From an uncultured Gemmatimonadaceae bacterium (GTDB lineage Bacteria > Gemmatimonadota > Gemmatimonadetes > Gemmatimonadales > Gemmatimonadaceae), in NCBI GenBank assembly GCA_963761305.1, contig CAVXGK010000002.1, forward strand, positions 2,656,001 to 2,720,000: a stretch of 64,000 nucleotides of DNA. Reading direction: 5' to 3'. Numbering within the stretch: the stretch's first letter is position 1; each line of letters begins with the position of its first letter. Under the pieces are notes generated by a model, which had not been told where the DNA came from, ran no database searches, and worked only from the letters and a program-made list of their open reading frames with translations. Made by a program: the position numbers and the translations under genes. This document shows, one piece after another, positions 47,161 through 56,380 of the stretch.

Positions 47161-50100
47161 CTACGGCTGTGGTCGCTCTCTCGAAGACTCCAATGCGTCA
47201 AATCGTCTTGTCATCTCTGGATAGCCGAGCTTTTTGACTCGTACGGCGTACGCACGTACCAGTTCGGTGACACGCGGTCGGTCGATTCGGCCGACCGTTT
47301 CCGCGCACGCAGAGATGAGCCAGGCGGCGCAATAGACATCCGTTGATTCGGCCAGCTCAACCGAGCGGGCTAACCGTTGAACCGCATGTTGGCGCCTTTC
47401 GCCATCACCGGCGTCGGTCCGAATCTGCAGCGCTTCGACCACCTCTCGGCCAAGATACCAGTCAGTGCGATCCTTGGTCCGGCTCTCCAGCGACTGGATC
47501 GCCGCCAACGCGGCGTCGGCGTGCCCCAACTCGAGTGCGCACAACCCCGCGCCGGCCATGGCGCCCGCCTCGATGTCCGCTTGCCCGATGCGCTGCGCCA
47601 GGGAGATGGTTGTCTCGTACAGCTGCGTCGCCGATTCCCAGCGCCCGACTTCGCGCTCGACGTGCGCCATGTTGAACAGCGCCGCGAGCTGATATTCGCT
47701 GTGCTTCACGGCGACGAAGAGACCCAGCGCCTCGCCGAACAGATCGCGCGCCCTGTCATAGTCGCCGCACCGCTGCGACAGTACGCCGAGGTTGAGCGCC
47801 GCGAGTCCCCACATGTCGGGCATCCCGCCGGCGCGCCCCACCGTCATGCCGCGCGTGTACGCCTCGAAGGCCGCGTCGAGCCGCGACTCGAATTGCGCCA
47901 TGATGCCCATGTTGCTGTACGTCCTCGCCTGTCCGCGCGCGTCGCCGACGCTCTCGTACAGCGACAGCGCGCGCTCGAGAATCGAGTACGCGCGATTCGG
48001 CGCCTCGCTGAACATCGCGCCGCCGAGTCGCGTGACCGCGTCGGCCAGGAGCAGCGTGTCGCCGACTTGTTCCGCCATCGCCACGCCTTCCGCGGCGATG
48101 CGCTCCGAGGTTCGGCGATCGCCGAGCCGGCCATACGTCTGGGACATCATGAGCAACACGGCGACGCTCTCGTGGTCGAAGCCGAGCCGCTTGGCCTCGG
48201 CCTCGAGGACCTTGAGCGCCTCGAGCGTGACGAGCGCCGGCTGGCCGAGCTCCATCCGGGCTCGCTCGCGCAAGCGGCGCAGCGTGAGGGAACGCCGCTC
48301 GTCGCCCTGGCCGTCGAACCACTCGATGGCGAGATCGCAGAGCTCTTCGACTTCGTCGAAGCGTCCGCCCGTCTCGGACACGTGCGCGAGCGCGACGCGA
48401 ATCTCCGCCAGCTCGCCGGGACTCGTCGCGTTTCGAGCGGCGAGTTGCAGATACGCGCTCGCCGCGCCGAACGCGTGCACGCGCTCGGCCGCTTTCGCCG
48501 CGAGCTGCCCCCAGCGGTACGCGTCGGCTGATTCGCCCGCGGCGTCGTAGTGCAGCGCGATGTCGTCGGCGGAATCGGGACGCAGTTTTTCGAGCGCCTG
48601 CGCCACGCGCAGATGCAGCTGCCTTTGTTGCTGCTTGGGCAGGCCGTCGATCAACACCTCGGCGACGTCGTCGTGCGTGAACGCGAAGCTGCCGCGTTTG
48701 CGCTCACGCGTCGGACGCAGCAGTCCGGCGCTGGCCGCCTCCGACAACGCCAGACGCACGGCGAGCTCGCTGCCCGCGCCCGCGCCGACGAGAAGGTGCA
48801 CGTCGAATTCGCGACCGACGACTGCCGCCGTCCACAGCACGGCGTGTGTGCTGGCCGAAAAACGTTCGAGCCGGTGCGCGATGAGCGCCGTCCGCCCGGC
48901 GGAAATGCGCAGCTCGGAGACGGGCGTCCATTCCCACCGCGTCCCGTTGTGCCAGATGGAGCCGTCTTCCACCAATGCGCGAAGCAGGTGCCCGATGAAG
49001 AGCGGATTTCCCTCCGTGTGACGATAGATGAACGCGAGCAGCTCGCGTCCCACTTGCTGCCGGTGAAACGCGGCCTCGAGCCACTGCTTCACCTCGTCGC
49101 GCGTCAGGTTCGCGATCGTGATCTGGCGCGTGAGCTCCGGACGCGACGTCACGCGACGCATCCACCCGGCGTCGTTCGGGCCGTCCGTGCGGTACGTCAT
49201 GCAAATCATGATGCGGTCGCGATCCAGCTGTCCGATCAAGTGCTCGAGCGCGTCCCACGACGTGGAGTCGGCCCACTGCATCTCGTCGAGCACGAGAACG
49301 AGCGGCCGCCCCGACGCGAGCGATCGCACGTAGTCCGTCAGCTCCCCCAACAGCCGGAACTGGCTTCCGGTGCGCGGCACGGCGAGCGACTCCCCGAGCG
49401 CCGGCTCGAGGTGTTGCAGCTCGGCCCACTCGCGCTCGGGAGACGGCTGGAACACGTGCGTCGCGCGAAGGAGCGCGCGCCACACGCCGTACGGCTTGGG
49501 CAGCTGACGCTTGGGAGACGCAACGACGGCGAACAAGCCACCGCGGAGACGCGCTTCCGATTCGAGCTGCTGGAGGAGCGTCGCGGTTCCAGTCCCCGCC
49601 GCGCCCGACACGCTCACGACCCGCGGTTGACCGCCATTCGCTTCGTCGAGCCATTGCGTGAGCGACGCGAACTCCTGTCCGCGCCCGGCGAATCGGTCGA
49701 TCGACAGCGGACGGCGCAGCGCGTCGTGATGCGCGAGCGGCATCGCGGCGGCGCCGTCGCGGCCCTGCGCCTGAATTCTGGCGAGCGCGTCGACGGCCGC
49801 GTCGAGCACCGCTTCGTACGACTGGCCGTGATCCGGCGCCGCGGCCGCGCCTACCGAGAGCGTCCTCGCCCCGAATCCGTTGGCGAACCGATGCACCCGA
49901 ATGGCGGCACACAGACGGTCGCCGACCGCACGGCCATCGTCGGCGGTCGTGTTCGCCAGGACCATCACGACTCGCCCGCCGACGCGCCCGACCAGGTCGC
50001 CGCCGCGGAGCGAGGCTCCGATCATCTTGGCGACGGCCGTGTTGAGTACGTCGGCGTACTCGGCCTCTTCCGCGGGTTGCCAGTCAGCGGTTCCCGGCGG

Positions 50101-50229
50101 GGTCGAGGCCCGGCCGTCGACCTCGGCCACGACGACCGCGATCGGCCCGTGTCCCTTCCGGCCAGCCTCGGCCACCGCCGCCCTCGCGGCAGCGTCGAGC
50201 TCGTTTGCGTCCAAAAAGAGGTGCGACAT
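47161..50229 (-). CDS. Degenerate GGDEF + STAND-like AAA ATPase + TPR protein
   Basis: N-terminal GGDEF-like fold (SLRGGDLVGRVGG...LSVGAA), FAGRGQEF, GAAGTGTAT, LVLDEMQWAD, TEGNPLFI, FTHD, multiple TPR-like repeats. Confidence 0.8.
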   Translation of the reverse strand: MSHLFLDANELDAAARAAVAEAGRKGHGPIAVVVAEVDGRASTPPGTADWQPAEEAEYADVLNTAVAKMIGASLRGGDLVGRVGGRVVMVLANTTADDGRAVGDRLCAAIRVHRFANGFGARTLSVGAAAAPDHGQSYEAVLDAAVDALARIQAQGRDGAAAMPLAHHDALRRPLSIDRFAGRGQEFASLTQWLDEANGGQPRVVSVSGAAGTGTATLLQQLESEARLRGGLFAVVASPKRQLPKPYGVWRALLRATHVFQPSPEREWAELQHLEPALGESLAVPRTGSQFRLLGELTDYVRSLASGRPLVLVLDEMQWADSTSWDALEHLIGQLDRDRIMICMTYRTDGPNDAGWMRRVTSRPELTRQITIANLTRDEVKQWLEAAFHRQQVGRELLAFIYRHTEGNPLFIGHLLRALVEDGSIWHNGTRWEWTPVSELRISAGRTALIAHRLERFSASTHAVLWTAAVVGREFDVHLLVGAGAGSELAVRLALSEAASAGLLRPTRERKRGSFAFTHDDVAEVLIDGLPKQQQRQLHLRVAQALEKLRPDSADDIALHYDAAGESADAYRWGQLAAKAAERVHAFGAASAYLQLAARNATSPGELAEIRVALAHVSETGGRFDEVEELCDLAIEWFDGQGDERRSLTLRRLRERARMELGQPALVTLEALKVLEAEAKRLGFDHESVAVLLMMSQTYGRLGDRRTSERIAAEGVAMAEQVGDTLLLADAVTRLGGAMFSEAPNRAYSILERALSLYESVGDARGQARTYSNMGIMAQFESRLDAAFEAYTRGMTVGRAGGMPDMWGLAALNLGVLSQRCGDYDRARDLFGEALGLFVAVKHSEYQLAALFNMAHVEREVGRWESATQLYETTISLAQRIGQADIEAGAMAGAGLCALELGHADAALAAIQSLESRTKDRTDWYLGREVVEALQIRTDAGDGERRQHAVQRLARSVELAESTDVYCAAWLISACAETVGRIDRPRVTELVRAYAVRVKKLGYPEMTRRFDALESSRERPQP

Positions 50230-50410
50230 TCCTTTACTTCGCCGTTGGGAGGACCGATATGCGGGTTCACTACCGTAGGAAACGACCGCGAACCCCGCAA
50301 GATCTTTTTACGACGACATTTGCGGCCCTCCCGGGGCTCACGGGTATGGTTAACGAGGCAGGCCGGCGGGCGTCTACCTAGACGGCACCTTCGGTCATCG
50401 GAACCCTTCC

Positions 50411-52300
50411 ATGCGCCAACTCGCTTTCCTGACGTCCGCGCTCGTCTCCGCCGCGTGCAGCGCCCAGGCCCCGCGCCCGCAGGCGACGCCCGTCGCGCCG
50501 GCGTCGCAAACGCCGCTTCAGCCGTCGGCTTCTGCCGCCGCCCCGGTGATGCCCGGCGAGCTGCTGCCCGACGAACAAGTTCAGCAAGTTCTCAATCGCC
50601 TCACGTTCGGCGCCCGCCCCGGCGACGCCGAGAAGGTCCGCGCGATGGGCATCGACAAGTGGATCGATCTCCAGCTGAATCCGGATCGCATTTCGGATCC
50701 CGCGGGCGACGACATCATCAAGAACTACTCCGTCTTCTCGACGCCCACCGGCGACATCGTGGGGCAGTTCGAGGAGTTGCAGCGTTTGCAGCGGCAGGCC
50801 AAGCGCAACGCGAGCGACACGACGATGTCGAAGCCGGAAGAGCGGCAGGAAGTCCTTGCTCGGAATCCGCAGCTCGCGCAGGCCGCGCAGCGCAATCAGC
50901 AGATGGTCGGCCAGGTCCAATCGGCGCAGCTCGCCCGCGCGGTGACGAGCGAGCGGCAGCTCAACGAAGTGATGGTCGACTTCTGGGAAAACCATTTCAG
51001 CGTGTTCGCTGGCAAGGGGCAGACGCGTTTGTATCTCGCGCAGTACGATCGCGACGTGATCCGTCCGCACGCGATGGGAAAATTCCGCGATCTGCTCGGC
51101 GCGGTGGCGCACAGCCCGGCGATGCTCTTCTTCCTCGACAACTGGGAAAGCGCCGCCGACAGCGTTCATCCCACGCTCGCGCAGGCGCGCCGGCCGGCGT
51201 TTCGCCGCGGGGCGTTCGGCACGCTCATCCCGATTCGGCCCGGACCGCAACAGCAGCAGCGCGCCAAGCGCGGCTTGAACGAGAACTACGCGCGTGAGCT
51301 CATGGAGCTGCACACGCTCGGCGTCGACGGCGGCTACTCACAGAAGGACGTACAGGAAGTCGCGCGGGCGCTCACGGGATGGACGTTCAACCGCCAGAAT
51401 GGCGAGTTCGTCTTCAACCCGAACATTCACGACGCCGGCGAGAAGCTGATTCTCGGCCAGCGCTTCCCCGCCGGCCACGGCGAGGACGAAGGCGAGCGCG
51501 TGCTGGACATGGTGGCGCGCCATCCTTCCACGGCCCATTTCATCGTCACCAAGCTCGCGCGTCACTTCGTGAGCGACGATCCGCCGAAACCCCTCGTCGA
51601 CCGCTGCGCGAGTACGTTCACCAAGACTGACGGCGACATCCGCGAGACGCTGCGCTGCGTCGTCACGAGCCCCGAGTTCTTCAGCCGCGCGGCCTATCGC
51701 GCCAAGGTGAAGACGCCGTTCGAGGTCGTGGCCAGCGCGCTGCGCGCGGTCAATGCGAGTCCGGATGCATCGCCTCGCTCGGCGCAGATCGTCGCGCGGC
51801 TCGGCCAGCCGATCTTCGGCCGGCAGACGCCGGACGGTTGGCCCGATCGCGGCGACGCGTGGATGAACACCGGGGCGATCCTCAACCGTATCAACTTCGG
51901 TCTGAGTCTCGCGGCGGGTCAGGTTCCGGGTGCGCAGCTCGCGAACTGGACTGACTTCTCGACGCTTCGTAGCGAGCCGCGCACGCAGCAGGTGGATGCG
52001 GTCGTGAAGTCGATGTTGGGCGGACAGGTGTCGCCCGAGACGCGTCAGGTGCTGATGAGCGGTGAGAATCCGATGCTCGCGGCCAACGACGCGAACGGCA
52101 TGGTCGACAGCTCGTCCATGGATCCAGGCGGCGGACGCCGTGGCGGCCGCGGCGCTCAGCAGCAGCAGAAACCGGACGGCAAGGGATTCCCGCGCGGACC
52201 GGCGGCGCAGATCCCGGGCTTTGGACGGCCGGTGAACCTTCAGGGACTTCCGCAGGTAGTGGGTCTGGCGCTGGGCGCTCCCGAATTTCAACGACGGTGA
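50411..52300 (+). CDS. DUF1800 family lipoprotein
   Basis: SAAC lipobox; LNRLTFG, QLNEVMVDFWENHF, SPAMLFFLDN, NENYARELMELHTLG, HDAGEK, KVKTPFE, PEFQRR. Confidence 0.9.
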   Translation: MRQLAFLTSALVSAACSAQAPRPQATPVAPASQTPLQPSASAAAPVMPGELLPDEQVQQVLNRLTFGARPGDAEKVRAMGIDKWIDLQLNPDRISDPAGDDIIKNYSVFSTPTGDIVGQFEELQRLQRQAKRNASDTTMSKPEERQEVLARNPQLAQAAQRNQQMVGQVQSAQLARAVTSERQLNEVMVDFWENHFSVFAGKGQTRLYLAQYDRDVIRPHAMGKFRDLLGAVAHSPAMLFFLDNWESAADSVHPTLAQARRPAFRRGAFGTLIPIRPGPQQQQRAKRGLNENYARELMELHTLGVDGGYSQKDVQEVARALTGWTFNRQNGEFVFNPNIHDAGEKLILGQRFPAGHGEDEGERVLDMVARHPSTAHFIVTKLARHFVSDDPPKPLVDRCASTFTKTDGDIRETLRCVVTSPEFFSRAAYRAKVKTPFEVVASALRAVNASPDASPRSAQIVARLGQPIFGRQTPDGWPDRGDAWMNTGAILNRINFGLSLAAGQVPGAQLANWTDFSTLRSEPRTQQVDAVVKSMLGGQVSPETRQVLMSGENPMLAANDANGMVDSSSMDPGGGRRGGRGAQQQQKPDGKGFPRGPAAQIPGFGRPVNLQGLPQVVGLALGAPEFQRR

Positions 52301-52333
52301 GCCCGGCCGTAAATAGGACAAAGGGATAGCGAT

Positions 52334-53641
52334 ATGAATCGTCGAGTATTCATGAAGTCGGGCGCGATGGCGCTGGCCACGATGGGGCTCAACCCCACCT
52401 TCCTCCGCCGCACTGTGTTCGCGCAGGATCTGCTCAAAGGAGCGGCGCTCAAGGGGAACGGACGCGGCAAGGTGCTCGTCGTCCTCTTCCAGCGCGGCGC
52501 GGCCGACGCCCTGAACGTCGTCGTGCCGCACGGTGAGCGGAACTACTACGCGATGCGTCCGTCGATCGCGATTCCGCGGCCGGTCTCCGGCACGGCGAAC
52601 ACGGCGATCGATCTCGACGGATTCTTCGGGCTTCACCCGTCGCTCTCGCCGTTCAAGAAGCTGTGGGACGACGGGATCCTCGCGCCGGTTCACGCCGTCG
52701 GATCGCCGAGCAATTCGCGGTCGCACTTCGACGCGCAGGACTACATGGAAAGCGGCACGCCCGACAACAAGGGCACGCGCGACGGTTGGTTGAATCGCTA
52801 TCTCGCCGTGAAGGGCACCTGCGACGAATGCAAGTTGCACGACGCGAGCGGTGCGACGGCGACCGGCGCGAAGGCGGCGCCGTTCCAAGCCGTGTCGATG
52901 ACGCCGCAGACGCCGCGCATTCTCGAGGGCGACTCGCCGACGGTGGCGATGAACAGCATCGACGAGTTCACCATCCGAACCAACGGTACGCAAGCGGAAC
53001 GCATCGAGGCGCTCTATCGCACGGGCAACGCCGACGTCGTGCACGCCGCCGGCGGCGAGATGTTCGAGGCGATGAAGATCCTCAAGGCGGCGAACCCGCA
53101 GCAATACACCCCGGAGAATGCCGCCGACTACCCGCGGACACCGTTCGGCCAGCATCTGAAGCAGATCGCGCAGCTCATCAAGGCGGACGTGGGTCTCGAG
53201 ATCGCGTTCGCCGACGTCGGCGGCTGGGACACGCACGTGAATCAGGGCGGCGCGACTGGTCAGCTCGCGCAGCGCCTCGACGATTTCTCCAAGTCGATCG
53301 GGGCGATGGTGCAGGACCTCGGCAACCGCGTGGCCGACGTCACGATCCTCACGATGTCCGAGTTTGGCCGTACGGCGCGCCAGAACGGCAACGGTGGCAC
53401 CGACCACGGCCACGCGACGTCGATGTTCGTGATCGGCGGCGACGTGAAGGGCAAGAAGGTCCACGGCAAGTGGCCGGGCCTCGAACCCGAGCAGTTGAAC
53501 GAAGGCCGCGACCTCGCGCTGACGACCGACTTCCGGTCAGTCTTCTCGGAAGTGGCGTTCAAGCATCTCGGCGCCGCCAAGATGGACGCCGTGTTCCCGG
53601 GTTTCCACGGCGACGAGTCGAAGTGGGTCGGCGTGCTCTAG
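52334..53641 (+). CDS. DUF1501 family protein, Tat-exported
   Basis: MNRRVFMK twin-arginine signal; FQRGAADALN, RSHFDAQ, GWLNR, GGWDTH, SEFGRT, GTDHG, TTDFR. Confidence 0.9.
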   Translation: MNRRVFMKSGAMALATMGLNPTFLRRTVFAQDLLKGAALKGNGRGKVLVVLFQRGAADALNVVVPHGERNYYAMRPSIAIPRPVSGTANTAIDLDGFFGLHPSLSPFKKLWDDGILAPVHAVGSPSNSRSHFDAQDYMESGTPDNKGTRDGWLNRYLAVKGTCDECKLHDASGATATGAKAAPFQAVSMTPQTPRILEGDSPTVAMNSIDEFTIRTNGTQAERIEALYRTGNADVVHAAGGEMFEAMKILKAANPQQYTPENAADYPRTPFGQHLKQIAQLIKADVGLEIAFADVGGWDTHVNQGGATGQLAQRLDDFSKSIGAMVQDLGNRVADVTILTMSEFGRTARQNGNGGTDHGHATSMFVIGGDVKGKKVHGKWPGLEPEQLNEGRDLALTTDFRSVFSEVAFKHLGAAKMDAVFPGFHGDESKWVGVL

Positions 53642-53666
53642 CCGCAGAAGCCTAGTGGTGCTCGAA

Positions 53667-53710
53667 AAATCGGACGTCTGATATCTGACATCAGACGTCC
53701 GATTTCTCTT
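53667..53710. terminator. Heptamer-built palindrome at the junction of two convergent operons
   Basis: AAATCGGACGTCTGAT-ATCTGAC-ATCAGACGTCCGATTT, flanked by A- and T-rich runs. Confidence 0.75.
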
Positions 53711-56380
53711 TCAGCTCTGCGGCTTCCACCCGGTGAATACGTTCATCCAGCTGCGCACAACGCGTGGCAAAAAGCGCTGTGGCCGCACGCGATCGATCAT
53801 CGCGTAGAACGAGATGCGATCCACGAGGAGCTCACAGAGCGCGGCCCTGAATCCGGCGTCCCACTCCTCTTGGTAGAGGTCGACGCTGCCGGCCGACGCG
53901 AGCAGCGATCGGTAGCGCTCCACCCACGACGCGATCGTTTCGCCGGACGCGTTCGGCGGCAGCACGAACACGAGGAACTCGGCGAGGTCGCGCTGCGGCG
54001 CGCCGATCGTCGCCAGCTCCCAATCGAACGCGCACAGATGGAGTCCGGTCGCGCCACGCCGAAGCGCCACGTTGCGCGGATTGAAATCGTTGTGAAGCAG
54101 CGTGCGCGGCGACGCGTCGAGCACGTTCGCCCACGAGGCGATGTCGCTCACCAATCGCGCGTGGATGCGTCGGAGCGCCGGATCGCGGAATGCCGTCGAC
54201 CGCTCGTGGGCGTGCTCGGCCAGCGCGCGCCAGAGAGGCGCCATCGCGACGTACTTCACCGAATCGCGGCGCGGCGGCAGCCACGATGTGGTCGCCAGCG
54301 ATTCGTCGCCGAGTCCGACCGCGTGAATGTCTGCCAGGCCGGTGAGCGCCGCGTCGATCGCGGCGGCGTTCCAGCGCGCCGGATCGTTGGCGTTGATCAG
54401 CACGGCGTCGTCGATCCGCTCGAGGGCAATCAGCCATCGACGTCGGGCGTCGTCGCGCTCGATGAGTATCGGACGCGGCGTGTGCGAACGAAGGCGCGGA
54501 TCGCGAAGCGCGTAGACCGCCAGCTCGCGCACCTGCGAGCGCGTGATGCCGAGGTCGTCTCTGAATTTCGTGACGGACTCGCCCAATGCAGGCGAGACGA
54601 GGCCCGCGAGCGCTACCGCCACGTCGACCGAGTGCGTGTCGGCCGCCTTGGATTTCACGAACAGGCGCGCATCGCGACTCGCACCATGCTCGTCATGGAC
54701 GGAGACCACGGCGTCGAACAAGCCGGCCTGCGTTCCCTCCCCCGCCCGCCACGCCGTCAACTCGGCGACGATGCTCTCGTCGCTGGCGATCGGCGTCAAG
54801 TCCACTCGGTCGAGGTACAGCGGACCGGCACCGAGCCAATCACTCAGCCCGGCGGCCAGCGCATCGCTCGGCTCGAGGAGCGGACGTCGTTCCTTTCGAG
54901 CGGGACAAGCCACCGCGGCGCCAATATCCGGCACGATGCCCTGACGAACGAAATCGTCGAAGTACCGTGATAGAAGGTGCGAGTCTACGTCGCCGACGCG
55001 CACGCCGAGCGCGTCGAGCGCACGCAGTGACACGGCGCCGTTCACGCTCGACCGCCGCGACTCTTCGAGCAGCTCGGGCAGCGTGAGCGCGTTCTCCGCC
55101 GCAATGCGTCGGAGAAAGAACGATCGCAGCGGGAACAACGGATTGTTCGCGTCGGCCGTCGCTTTCAGCCGCTCCGCCCACTCGGCGTACGGCAGTAATG
55201 CGACGTCGTAGCCGCGCAGGCGCATCCAGAGCGCGCACTCGCGCCAGTGCCGCGGCCGCGCGGCGATCACGTGATGAACGCTCGAGCCCACGTCGTGCGC
55301 GAGTGCAAGCCGCACGATCGCCCGCGCCGCGTCGTCCACCGGCACGCAGTCCATTCGCCAATCGAGATCGGGAGCGGCGCGCATGCCAATGCATCCGGCG
55401 ATGAACCGCGACGTGAGGTCGTCCACGTTCGACCGTCCGCGCGCGTCGCCACTGATGAGCGACGGCCGCACGATCGTCACCGGAAGCCCGCGCGCGCCAG
55501 CTTCGCGCACCAGCGCTTCGGCCACGCATTTACTCTGGGCGTAACCGAGCCACAGTCCGTGTACGCTGTCGAAGACGTCGGTGCGCTCGTCGACGCTCCG
55601 CCGGTTCGACGTGGAGTGGCAGACGCTGGTGCTCGACACGAAGTGCAGCGGCTTGGGCGTGCCCACGCACGCGAGCCGCAGCAACTCGCGCGTGCCGAGC
55701 ACGTTCGCGTCGCGCAGGCGTTCGTACGAGTGCACCCAATTGACGTCGGCCGCCGCATGGTAGATGGCTTCGATCTCGGCGGCCAACGCCGAAAACGCGC
55801 CCGCGTCGCGACCCAAGCGCGGCCGGGAAAGATCGCCGTCCACGACGCGAATGCGGTCCACGTCCGCGTCGTGCCAGAGCCCGTACGCGGTCAGGTTGCG
55901 ACGCACGCGCGCGAATCCATCGCCGCGCCCCGCTCGAACCAGACAATGCACCGTTGCCGTCGTTTCGTCGAGCAACGTGCGCAAGAGATACGCGCCGAGG
56001 AAACCCGTCGCCCCGGTGAGCAGCACGCGGCGTGCGGCGCGAGTGGGGGGCGCGATGCCGCGAGGCGCGATCTCGGGCGGCAGCGCGGCATCGACGCGCA
56101 TCTGTCTGATTTGTCGCTCGCGAGCACCGTCGGTGTTTCCGTCCTCGATGAAGCGGCACAGCGAATCGATATCCGGATGTTCGTGCACGGCGGTGAGCGG
56201 CAGCTCGATTCCCAGGTCGTCCTCGATCGCCGCGGTGAGCTCGACCGCGGCCAACGAATCCATTCCGAGCGAGGCGAACGTGTCGAACGGTCCGACGCGG
56301 GCGACACTCACGCGGAGTGTCGCGCCGACGACCGCCGCCAGGCGATCGCGAAGCCCCTCGCGAGTCGCGACGCTCGTCAC
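53711..56380 (-). CDS. Fusion of acyl carrier protein, thioester reductase (extended SDR) and APH/choline-kinase-like phosphotransferase
   Basis: FASLGMDSLAAVEL (phosphopantetheine Ser); LLTGATGFLG, YHAAA, GYAQSK, RPSLISG; C-terminal LLHNDFNPRN...FDWE. Confidence 0.88.
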   Translation of the reverse strand: MTSVATREGLRDRLAAVVGATLRVSVARVGPFDTFASLGMDSLAAVELTAAIEDDLGIELPLTAVHEHPDIDSLCRFIEDGNTDGARERQIRQMRVDAALPPEIAPRGIAPPTRAARRVLLTGATGFLGAYLLRTLLDETTATVHCLVRAGRGDGFARVRRNLTAYGLWHDADVDRIRVVDGDLSRPRLGRDAGAFSALAAEIEAIYHAAADVNWVHSYERLRDANVLGTRELLRLACVGTPKPLHFVSSTSVCHSTSNRRSVDERTDVFDSVHGLWLGYAQSKCVAEALVREAGARGLPVTIVRPSLISGDARGRSNVDDLTSRFIAGCIGMRAAPDLDWRMDCVPVDDAARAIVRLALAHDVGSSVHHVIAARPRHWRECALWMRLRGYDVALLPYAEWAERLKATADANNPLFPLRSFFLRRIAAENALTLPELLEESRRSSVNGAVSLRALDALGVRVGDVDSHLLSRYFDDFVRQGIVPDIGAAVACPARKERRPLLEPSDALAAGLSDWLGAGPLYLDRVDLTPIASDESIVAELTAWRAGEGTQAGLFDAVVSVHDEHGASRDARLFVKSKAADTHSVDVAVALAGLVSPALGESVTKFRDDLGITRSQVRELAVYALRDPRLRSHTPRPILIERDDARRRWLIALERIDDAVLINANDPARWNAAAIDAALTGLADIHAVGLGDESLATTSWLPPRRDSVKYVAMAPLWRALAEHAHERSTAFRDPALRRIHARLVSDIASWANVLDASPRTLLHNDFNPRNVALRRGATGLHLCAFDWELATIGAPQRDLAEFLVFVLPPNASGETIASWVERYRSLLASAGSVDLYQEEWDAGFRAALCELLVDRISFYAMIDRVRPQRFLPRVVRSWMNVFTGWKPQS

